DNA from: a virus
Taxonomy: Duplodnaviria; Caudoviricetes
Reading direction: 5' to 3' (one strand)
Virus record (IMG/VR): IMGVR_UViG_3300020045_005193
Location: 1 to 24,034 of that record
DNA length: 24,034 nt
This document shows positions 6,955 through 14,610 of the stretch, piece after piece. How positions within the stretch are numbered: the first letter of the stretch is position 1; the number at the start of each line of letters is the position of its first letter. The notes beneath the pieces were generated by a model. It saw nothing but the letters and a program-made list of their open reading frames with translations, was not told the origin of the DNA and did no database searches. Both the position numbers and the translations under genes were made by a program.

Positions 6955-7494
6955 ATGGAAATTTGGAAGGATATTATAGGTTATGAGGGATTATATCAAG
7001 TTAGTAATTTTGGTAGAGTTAAGATATTAGAAAGAATATTTTTTGTAAGAGGTAAGTATCCAATAAATAAAAATGAAAAGATATTAAAACTTAATTTAAA
7101 TACACACGGATATTATAGAGTATCTTTAATAAAAGATAAAATACCAAAAACAATAACGGTTCATAAATTAGTCGCAATGGCTTTTTTAAATCACATTCCA
7201 GACGGTTTTAATTTTGTAGTTAATCATAAAGACTTTGTTAGAACAAATAATTATGATTACAACTTAGAAATTATTACTCAGCGTGAAAATACCAATCAAA
7301 AACATTTAAAATCAACCTCAAAATATACGGGAGTTTCTTGGAATAAAAATCAAAAAAAATGGGTTTCTAAAATAAAAACTAAAAATAAGCAAACACATTT
7401 AGGTACATTTGAAAATGAATTTGATGCGCATTTAGCGTATCAATCGGAACTAAAAAGGATTAATTCCTTTAAGATAAAACCAAGCAAAAACTAA
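6955..7494 (+). CDS. NUMOD4-HNH-AP2 free-standing homing endonuclease
   Basis: MEIWKDIIGYEGLYQVSNFGRVK (NUMOD4); VHKLVAMAF...VNHKDFVRTNN..NLE (HNH); SKYTGVSW...W...HLGTF..E.DAHLAY (AP2). Confidence 0.92.
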   Translation: MEIWKDIIGYEGLYQVSNFGRVKILERIFFVRGKYPINKNEKILKLNLNTHGYYRVSLIKDKIPKTITVHKLVAMAFLNHIPDGFNFVVNHKDFVRTNNYDYNLEIITQRENTNQKHLKSTSKYTGVSWNKNQKKWVSKIKTKNKQTHLGTFENEFDAHLAYQSELKRINSFKIKPSKN

Positions 7495-7890
7495 ACATCC
7501 AACTATCAAAACAATACCTAAATATAATAATGTGTTGTCTTTTTTTTCTGTTTGTCTATTATCTGAAATTTCAGACGTTCCATTAACAGTTCCTGTATAT
7601 GTTTGATTTAATTCAAAATTATTAAACTTAGATTTGTCAAATTTTATTGAGACATTAAAATATTCCTTTCCATCTACGAGAAACGGTTTAGTGTTATCTA
7701 CCGGAATAATCTCTCCTATGTCGTTTAATCGCGCATTTTGAGTTAAGATATACGAACTGTCATTAAATGAATAATTAGACTTTATTTCGTGGTATTTATT
7801 ATCAGTTTTTCTTGTTCCACATGATGATAAAAGTAAAAGTATAACAACCGCAATAGTAGCGGATAATAATAAATGATAGTTGTTTTTCAT
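7450..7890 (-). CDS. lipoprotein with C-terminal TM helix, unimolecular-spanin-like
   Basis: Signal peptide with lipobox LLSSC, C-terminal hydrophobic helix, last gene of the late/lysis operon. Confidence 0.7.
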   Translation of the reverse strand: MKNNYHLLLSATIAVVILLLLSSCGTRKTDNKYHEIKSNYSFNDSSYILTQNARLNDIGEIIPVDNTKPFLVDGKEYFNVSIKFDKSKFNNFELNQTYTGTVNGTSEISDNRQTEKKDNTLLYLGIVLIVGCLVFAWFYLKGINPF

Positions 7891-7892
7891 TA

Positions 7893-8996
7893 TTAATTTG
7901 TTAGTAAAAAAGACGAATGAAACATTGAATCTGATGCATTGCCTAAAGTACCAACCACAAATATATAATTGTTAATAGCTGGATTAAAAGCATACGAACT
8001 TATTTGATTAGCGTTATTTATTAAATCAGAAGCTAATTGCGAACCTGTACCTGCCAATCCTTTTACAAAATTAGATTCAATTGAGAAAGACCTATTTGTA
8101 ATTGAGTTCAATATATTTGCAGCTGCTAAATTATCTGAAATAAATACAGAACCTGAAATATCATCAACCGTGTTAATTTTTAGTCTAACTCTTAAATTAC
8201 CAGCAGTCCCAACCTTACCAACCCTCGCCATTTTAATATTAAAAAAATCTCCATTTTTAAAAGAGTCTGCACGAATTAAAGCGGAAAATAAAACTGTTTC
8301 GGCTGTTGTTCCTGTTATTAGCGTGCCTGTTGTTGTATTTACAATTATATTTTTAACCGCATTTGAATCATTGTCAGTTATTTGTTTTTGCAATTTTCCT
8401 AAAGCAATTAAAATAGAGTCTGTTACTGAAATAACCCCGCCTGTCACAAAAGAAACTCCATTTATTAAAGTCGATAAAACCCTATTATTTGTAAAATACA
8501 AATTATTAATACCTTCTGGCACGTCATTTGTTGAAGCTATTAATCCATTTGTGATTTGAGTGTAAACAGAACCTGTCCAACGATATTGTTTGTTTATATC
8601 GACTCCTGTAGTAACGATATATATTTTACCTAATTCCCCAACTAAAGGAAATAAAGCAACTGTATCGTATTCAAGAATATCATCAACATAGCTGGGCAAG
8701 TATGATTGATTAATTTTTGAACCATCGCCAATTTTATTAATAATTGTTGATGCCGTTTCGTCACCAGTGTTTATACCCGACAAATTATCTAATTTATCAA
8801 CCTCTGATAAAAAGGTATTAAACTCCAATTCAGTGCCTACAAAACCGCCATCTAAAGCAGATTGATAGGCTGTTTTTCCATCAACACCTGTAGCGCCCGG
8901 CATAGACATTTCACTTACTGCAATAGTTATTTCCTCAATCGTTTCCTCAATCTGAATTAACGGGTTAACTACTATTTCTTCAATAATTATATTCAT
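7893..8996 (-). CDS. tail fibre/adhesin-like structural protein
   Basis: Short collagen-like GATGVDG, GKTAYQSALDGGFVGTE, YLPSYVDD, EG..NLYFT, DSIL.ALGKLQKQI motifs typical of phage fibres. Confidence 0.7.
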   Translation of the reverse strand: MNIIIEEIVVNPLIQIEETIEEITIAVSEMSMPGATGVDGKTAYQSALDGGFVGTELEFNTFLSEVDKLDNLSGINTGDETASTIINKIGDGSKINQSYLPSYVDDILEYDTVALFPLVGELGKIYIVTTGVDINKQYRWTGSVYTQITNGLIASTNDVPEGINNLYFTNNRVLSTLINGVSFVTGGVISVTDSILIALGKLQKQITDNDSNAVKNIIVNTTTGTLITGTTAETVLFSALIRADSFKNGDFFNIKMARVGKVGTAGNLRVRLKINTVDDISGSVFISDNLAAANILNSITNRSFSIESNFVKGLAGTGSQLASDLINNANQISSYAFNPAINNYIFVVGTLGNASDSMFHSSFLLTN

Positions 8997-9322
8997 ACTA
9001 TTGGAATTGTTATGTCTTGTAAAATTTGCAAATTAGCCTTAAAATAAGTATATACAGTCCCGTCGGGAAAAGTAACTTGTAGGTCAGAAATATAAGTAGA
9101 TGTATTGAAATCTAATATTCTGCTATTCATTACGACCTCTGTATTGCTTGTTTTTTCAAAAGAATTATCTTCCGTACTCCATGCAAAAGCTACACGTGTA
9201 TTCGCCATTACCCTGAATTGCATATCAATCATGCAATTTGTAATATCAAAAGGAAACGTAATTTTTCTACTATTAAAAGTATCGCCTTTTATGTGTGGTT
9301 TAATTGTCCATGTTGGTATCAT
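8993..9322 (-). CDS. small beta-rich fibre adaptor (BppU N-terminal-like)
   Basis: KGDTF...Y.SDLQVTFPDGTVYTY...I.QDIT pattern. Confidence 0.55.
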   Translation of the reverse strand: MIPTWTIKPHIKGDTFNSRKITFPFDITNCMIDMQFRVMANTRVAFAWSTEDNSFEKTSNTEVVMNSRILDFNTSTYISDLQVTFPDGTVYTYFKANLQILQDITIPIV

Positions 9323-9759
9323 TGGTGAAAATATAATTTTGATTCTGCTTTTCGTCTTTCGATAAGCCCTTTTAATACTTTGTCATTTGCTGAAATATAT
9401 TTAGTTTCAAACCATTTCTTTATACTTTCGTTGTTTGCTTCATTATTAATTAAATTAAATAAAGTACTTGAACCGCCCGTATTGTAAGTGTGCGAAACTA
9501 AAGCGTCGAATTGACTTTGTTTTAATTGTACTTTTACTTTTTTATTTACAATATTTTCATAAACAGTTAAAGTATTTTTTAATAATAAAGTCGCTTCGTT
9601 TTCGTTTATAGATTTGTCGTTTAACTTTATTTTTTTGCCGTCAGCGTATTTAGTTGAACCGTACCCAATAGTGGCAACTCCAGCAGGACAAAGATAAGGT
9701 TTAGATATAAATCCCTCAAAATGTTTTATTAAAGACACGCCTATATCGCTTATTTTCAT
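9319..9759 (-). CDS. endolysin, GH24 lysozyme
   Basis: IKHFEG...YLCPAGVATIGYG (E-x8-C-x5-T), QFDALVS, GLIERRKAE. Confidence 0.95.
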   Translation of the reverse strand: MKISDIGVSLIKHFEGFISKPYLCPAGVATIGYGSTKYADGKKIKLNDKSINENEATLLLKNTLTVYENIVNKKVKVQLKQSQFDALVSHTYNTGGSSTLFNLINNEANNESIKKWFETKYISANDKVLKGLIERRKAESKLYFHQ

Positions 9760-9762
9760 AAT

Positions 9763-10056
9763 TTATTTGCTTTGAAATAACCAAAAAAAGAACCCTATTA
9801 TTGCTGTTATTAATCCCTTTGCAACGTACTTAACATTTTGCATATTCTCGTCGATAAGTAACTGCTTTTCTTCCAATTTATCAACTTTGTTTTCAAGCGT
9901 TTCCAGCAAATGAATAACGCCTTTTTTGCCATTTAATTCAGTTCCTGTCAATAAGTTACGAATGTCTTTAGTAACTTCTTTAACGTCGGTTAAATCGGTT
10001 TTATAAACTTTAAAATGATTTTCTAAACGGTCAACTTTTTCTTCGAGTAATGCCAT
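9763..10056 (-). CDS. coiled-coil protein with C-terminal TM helix (holin/antiholin-like)
   Basis: Immediately upstream of the endolysin; GLITAIIGFFFWLF tail. Confidence 0.6.
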   Translation of the reverse strand: MALLEEKVDRLENHFKVYKTDLTDVKEVTKDIRNLLTGTELNGKKGVIHLLETLENKVDKLEEKQLLIDENMQNVKYVAKGLITAIIGFFFWLFQSK

Positions 10057-10080
10057 AGGGTAATGTTTTAATAAAAATAC

Positions 10081-10112
10081 AAAAAATATCCCCTAAAATT
10101 AATCAAGGGATA
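10081..10112 (-). terminator. probable intrinsic terminator
   Basis: Minus strand TATCCCTTG...AGGGGATA followed by TTTTTT. Confidence 0.6.
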
Positions 10113-10119
10113 GAATAAT

Positions 10120-10290
10120 TTACTGCGAAATTTTTCCGCCAGTCACATTGTTGTCTTTGGCAACAATTAAACCTATCCCAGCGGTTACTCCTACTATAGC
10201 TTCATTTAGCTTAGTTGGGTCATTTACAAACATCGCTATCGCTCCAATAATTAACGCTATCCCTGATAACGTAGTTTTCCAGTTTTTCAT
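10120..10290 (-). CDS. small two-TM holin-like protein (56 aa)
   Basis: Manual translation MKNWKTTLSGIALIIGAIAMF...GVTAGIGLIVAKDNNVTGGKISQ. Confidence 0.75.
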   Translation of the reverse strand: MKNWKTTLSGIALIIGAIAMFVNDPTKLNEAIVGVTAGIGLIVAKDNNVTGGKISQ

Positions 10291-10300
10291 ATTTATTTAT

Positions 10301-12556
10301 TTATTTTGTTTTTGAATTAAATCTTGAAATTTCAGTATTAGTTTGGTCTTCGAGTTCATAATAATACATAGTGTTAGATGTTAAACCAGTATCGATAAAT
10401 TGCAAATCAGTACCCGAATAAATTAATACTTTTGTGGCTAAATTACTTGCTGTATCTCTATACAACTTATACGTTGTAACACCTGATTTTGACTGCCATT
10501 TAGCTTTTTGTGTCGTTTGAGAAGTCGAAAAAACTTTAAGCCAAACTTCAAAAACTCCAACAATCCAAACATTAATTGTAGGCGTGTTCATAAATAAATT
10601 ACCAATTGGAGTAGTTACCCATTTATCCAAATTTACACGATAAGACATCACTCCATAATTAGATACTATCACGGCATCTGTAGAAGTAGGCGGTGTGGTA
10701 ACTCTTGTATTTGTTAAAACGTCTCGCAAGTAAAATACAGTACCTCCACCAGATAAGGTTCTTTCAACTCTATAATTGTTTTGGCCGACATAGTCAATAC
10801 TAACACCTGTGCCCTCAACTGGGTTCGTAGCTACTAAAGGCGAAATTATCGTTTGTCCAGCCCCGTCAAAGGCACCTACTGTAGCATTTCCAGCAAACGT
10901 ACCTCCTTTAGTCCATGTACTAGTTCCATTTCCAAGAAGCCTAAAACCCTGCATTATAGGTCTATATGCGCTAATAGAAGCCTGTGTATTGGTTACGCTT
11001 GACCCAAAGATAGTCCCAGCAGTAATAAAGCCCTCATCTCCTGTAGCTGTAAAATTAAAAATCCTTTTTACTTTTGGGTATTGGCATAAAAGTGTACCGC
11101 TAACTGATGTTGACAAGCTTGTAATAAAAGAGTAATCATGGTCAACATCGCTAATCATTGCCCAATTCACAGGGTCAGAACTTACACCCGTACCCGACGG
11201 TCTCGCAATAACTGAACCTATAATTATAAATTCATTATCTCCAGCGGCGGCCATTGAAAATGCATTGCTAATTGAATTATTTACAAATCCCGCATTAACC
11301 GAATCAACAGTTGGGTATTTAGTCCCTGTACCGTCAGGAGTTAAGTCATTTTGTTTATTACTTTTCAACTCATAACCAGCATCTACAACTGAAAAAGGTA
11401 CTGGTAACAACGTTCTTACAGGTGAAGCGCCTCCAAATTGAAATTGATAAACTGGGTCAGAACCTCCTGCAATACGATTAGCATAACTTTTAATAACAAT
11501 TCTATCGGTTGCAATAAAATCGCCATCATCCCATAATCCCGACGCTGTAAATTCAGAATAACCGCCATCTACAACGGGCTCGCTTGTACTTGATGTACAT
11601 ATTAATGTTTCAACTCCTGCATCATCTCGGTGGTAAACTTCAAAGTAAAATGTAGCAGAACCTGAACCGCTTAAATGTCTAATATTTCCAAAAGTAGTAA
11701 TATTAAAAACGCCCGGCTGTCCTATTAAAACTCCTGCATCTGAAATTCTTTGCGATATTAATTGACCAACTCCTGTAATAGCTGGTGTAGAAACATCAAC
11801 AGCAGTTGAATTATACCTAACATCGTGTATATCTTTCACCATCACAACATAACCGCTTACATCGCTTGTGGTTGTGGTTGGGTATAGCGTTAAATTAGTC
11901 GGTAAATCTGAAATATTCAGTTTTAAATCTAAGGCGTCGTGAGTTGCTTTTTCGTTGGGGTATAAGTCTACATCATAACCACTTATTACAGAAACTTTAT
12001 TTGCAACATCTTCAGCTGTATATCCTAATCCTAAATCAGGGAAATTTTTAATATAAGCAGGACTTGCAGGGTTTGTTTCATTAACGTCTGATTGAACATT
12101 TACTTGCGCGCCAGTTTCTATTCCGTCTAATTTCGCTCTGTCATCTTCTGAAAATAAAGAAATGGCAATAGTTTCTATTTTTTGTTCTGATTCATTTACT
12201 ACTAATAACTGACCATCTCTTCCAATGTAACTTGAAAAAGTATCTAATAATTCGGTAAATTTATCAATTGTACTCGAACCTCCTGTAGTTGCTAATCCGT
12301 CAAAAAACCCAGCGTCAAGCAAAGATATCCATAAATCATTTATAGAAGTCGGAACGTGCGAAACTCCAGTTACTATCGTAATATCTGAGTATAATATATT
12401 TTGTTTTAAAATTAAATTAGCTCCATTTGCAGTTTTAAAGTTGCAAAAGTCACCTACAGTAGTAAGTCTATTTTGCTCTGATATAATAGGACTTCCGCCG
12501 TCTAAGACTAACGAAAAAAAGTTACCTGTTTGTTTAGTAATTATTAAACTACTCAT
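10301..12556 (-). CDS. tail fibre/receptor-binding protein with C-terminal FN3-like domain
   Basis: KLDGIETGAQVNVQSD fibre motif; C-terminal W...Y.LYR...F.DTGL..NT.YYY. Confidence 0.75.
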   Translation of the reverse strand: MSSLIITKQTGNFFSLVLDGGSPIISEQNRLTTVGDFCNFKTANGANLILKQNILYSDITIVTGVSHVPTSINDLWISLLDAGFFDGLATTGGSSTIDKFTELLDTFSSYIGRDGQLLVVNESEQKIETIAISLFSEDDRAKLDGIETGAQVNVQSDVNETNPASPAYIKNFPDLGLGYTAEDVANKVSVISGYDVDLYPNEKATHDALDLKLNISDLPTNLTLYPTTTTSDVSGYVVMVKDIHDVRYNSTAVDVSTPAITGVGQLISQRISDAGVLIGQPGVFNITTFGNIRHLSGSGSATFYFEVYHRDDAGVETLICTSSTSEPVVDGGYSEFTASGLWDDGDFIATDRIVIKSYANRIAGGSDPVYQFQFGGASPVRTLLPVPFSVVDAGYELKSNKQNDLTPDGTGTKYPTVDSVNAGFVNNSISNAFSMAAAGDNEFIIIGSVIARPSGTGVSSDPVNWAMISDVDHDYSFITSLSTSVSGTLLCQYPKVKRIFNFTATGDEGFITAGTIFGSSVTNTQASISAYRPIMQGFRLLGNGTSTWTKGGTFAGNATVGAFDGAGQTIISPLVATNPVEGTGVSIDYVGQNNYRVERTLSGGGTVFYLRDVLTNTRVTTPPTSTDAVIVSNYGVMSYRVNLDKWVTTPIGNLFMNTPTINVWIVGVFEVWLKVFSTSQTTQKAKWQSKSGVTTYKLYRDTASNLATKVLIYSGTDLQFIDTGLTSNTMYYYELEDQTNTEISRFNSKTK

Positions 12557-13068
12557 AATTTCATAATGTAAAGATTAATAATATAAGGTTGCATATTTTT
12601 ATCCGTTCCTGACACCCCGATAGTATTTGTGTTTGCAGTAAAATAAGAAGCCCCCTCTTTATCTCCTACTGAATCAAAAGCTAAAACCGCTTTTCCGACA
12701 TTGTTAATAGAATTGTAAGTATGTGAGTGCTCGACTAAAATAGAATCCTTTGACCCTCCAATACCTCCCAATGTCGAATATCCTAAACCATAACCAATTC
12801 CAACCCTGCCAGCTAAATTGTCAGTTCCGTTGTTTCCGTTGCAAATTTGCCAACCTAAACGTAAATTTTTACCCAAACCGTTAATATCAAAATTATCATT
12901 TAAGTATGTCAAATCACATTTAACTCTTTTTACATCACCAGATTGAGCTAAATTAGCTTGAATATAGTCTAACAAAGCATATTCTACTTCACGATGCTTA
13001 ACGGATGGAATTTTATTTCCGCTTGCTAAATTAGTAGTTATTAAATCGTATATATCTGAATAAGTCAT
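12553..13068 (-). CDS. tail collar/baseplate-wedge-like protein
   Basis: GWQICNGNNGTDNLAGRV.IG ... HSH ... NMQPYI..LYIMKL. Confidence 0.75.
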   Translation of the reverse strand: MTYSDIYDLITTNLASGNKIPSVKHREVEYALLDYIQANLAQSGDVKRVKCDLTYLNDNFDINGLGKNLRLGWQICNGNNGTDNLAGRVGIGYGLGYSTLGGIGGSKDSILVEHSHTYNSINNVGKAVLAFDSVGDKEGASYFTANTNTIGVSGTDKNMQPYIINLYIMKL

Positions 13069-13075
13069 AATAAAA

Positions 13076-13510
13076 TTAAATTAATTCTGCTTTCCAATAG
13101 CCCTCCGTTTCAAATCCTACATATATAAATCTATACATTTGATTTGTGGTTAAAACAACGTTTTGTGTGAACGCCTCAAAGGTTGTAAACATTTTATTTG
13201 TATTAGCTACATTTGCTCTAATTACTATATTATTAGCAACCGCAATAACGTATATTTCACGCCCTATAACATCGGTAGCGGGTAAATAGGCAATACCACC
13301 TGCAAAACTACACGAGTTCATATCGTATGGTAATACTTGTGGCGTTATACTTAAATCAATACTGCCAGCTGTTTTAATAGGCGATTGCTGGTCAACATAG
13401 TCAATAACAGCCTTTAATTCGCTTCCTACGTTTGTTTTTGTAATACTACCAGCCCCTGTTTTATTTGTTATGTTAGAATCTATTTGTTCTTTTAATGCTG
13501 TATTTGTCAT
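13076..13510 (-). CDS. tail-associated structural protein
   Basis: ORF track; position in the tail module. Confidence 0.65.
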   Translation of the reverse strand: MTNTALKEQIDSNITNKTGAGSITKTNVGSELKAVIDYVDQQSPIKTAGSIDLSITPQVLPYDMNSCSFAGGIAYLPATDVIGREIYVIAVANNIVIRANVANTNKMFTTFEAFTQNVVLTTNQMYRFIYVGFETEGYWKAELI

Positions 13511-13525
13511 ATTTTTTTATTTTAA

Positions 13526-14398
13526 TTATTCAAACTCAATTGAAAATTCATTAGCAAAAATCCTTAATTCTGGAATTATTGGCGTTACATCAGTAATATA
13601 GTCACTACCGTAATCAACACCGCTATAATCGGCTAATCCAAAGAAATTATCTTTATAATTAGGTGACAAGCTAAAATCTACTGTTTGAAAGTTTTCTTGT
13701 GAGTTTTTTTCTGGAATATCAATAGCTTCAAATAAATTACAACGAATTGAATCTACATATAATACCGGGCTTTCTAAAAGATAAGTTAACAATATTATAA
13801 CGTTTTTAGGCATCATTTCTGTACGAAATAATTCTATTTTATTGGTTTTAACCGCTTTTGATACCGTGTTTTTTGTAGAAACTTCGTAATATGTAGTCAA
13901 CTCGGTTTTTTTATCTTCATCTAAAAACCACGCCTGCAAACCAATAGATTGGTAAACATCATCTTTATTATCTTTGTAATGAAATTGAGTTGTTTTCTCG
14001 CTTTCAATCGAAGTAATCAAAAAAGGTGTAGAATAGAAAGTTTCGCCTATATTCTGATTGATTTCTAAATAAACCAATCTATAACCAAAATCAAAAGGAA
14101 TATTTGTAAGCGACCAATATAATTGAGGCGAACCGTCTAAATCGTTAGTTAAGGAATCTACAAAGAAATAGTCTGTAATATCAGTCTTATTTCCTTTGTA
14201 CAAATCAACTACGTTAACCTGCCAATCTTCTAAATCAATACCGTCTGGAGTTTCGGTAACTTGAATGTATTTAGCGGCGTTATTTGGTAACAATTGAACC
14301 CCTTTAAAAATAAATTGCGTATTTACTTGACTATTCTTAAAATAGAAAGCCTCTTCTTTTGTTCGAAAAATATTTATAAAAGGGGTAACTGTAGCCAT
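13526..14398 (-). CDS. tail tip/baseplate structural protein
   Basis: ORF track; position after the large tail protein. Confidence 0.65.
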   Translation of the reverse strand: MATVTPFINIFRTKEEAFYFKNSQVNTQFIFKGVQLLPNNAAKYIQVTETPDGIDLEDWQVNVVDLYKGNKTDITDYFFVDSLTNDLDGSPQLYWSLTNIPFDFGYRLVYLEINQNIGETFYSTPFLITSIESEKTTQFHYKDNKDDVYQSIGLQAWFLDEDKKTELTTYYEVSTKNTVSKAVKTNKIELFRTEMMPKNVIILLTYLLESPVLYVDSIRCNLFEAIDIPEKNSQENFQTVDFSLSPNYKDNFFGLADYSGVDYGSDYITDVTPIIPELRIFANEFSIEFE

Positions 14399-14429
14399 AC
14401 TATCTATGTTTCACAACATTAACTGAAAG

Positions 14430-14437
14430 CAAATATA
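14430..14437 (-). promoter_or_regulatory. -7 element TATATTTG directly after a terminator
   Basis: CAAATATA on + strand, 32 nt upstream of ATG 14398. Confidence 0.65.
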
Positions 14438-14440
14438 AAC

Positions 14441-14472
14441 AAAAAATCCTTATCAAATTAATGATAAGGATT
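14441..14472 (-). terminator. intrinsic terminator
   Basis: Minus strand AATCCTTATCA-ttaatt-TGATAAGGATT followed by TTTT. Confidence 0.8.
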
Positions 14473-14557
14473 AAATTTAAAAACTAAAGCTATGAATCTT
14501 TATTTCAACATTACTATTCGTGTGGAGTAAATAGTAAATTTAACAGTTTTGAATACG

Positions 14558-14565
14558 CAAATATA
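14558..14565 (-). promoter_or_regulatory. -7 element TATATTTG with no ORF before the next terminator
   Basis: CAAATATA on + strand in the 14399-14610 intergenic region. Confidence 0.55.
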
Positions 14566-14610
14566 TAAATAACATTTATACAATATCCGTTTACAAACGT
14601 TTAATATCGT

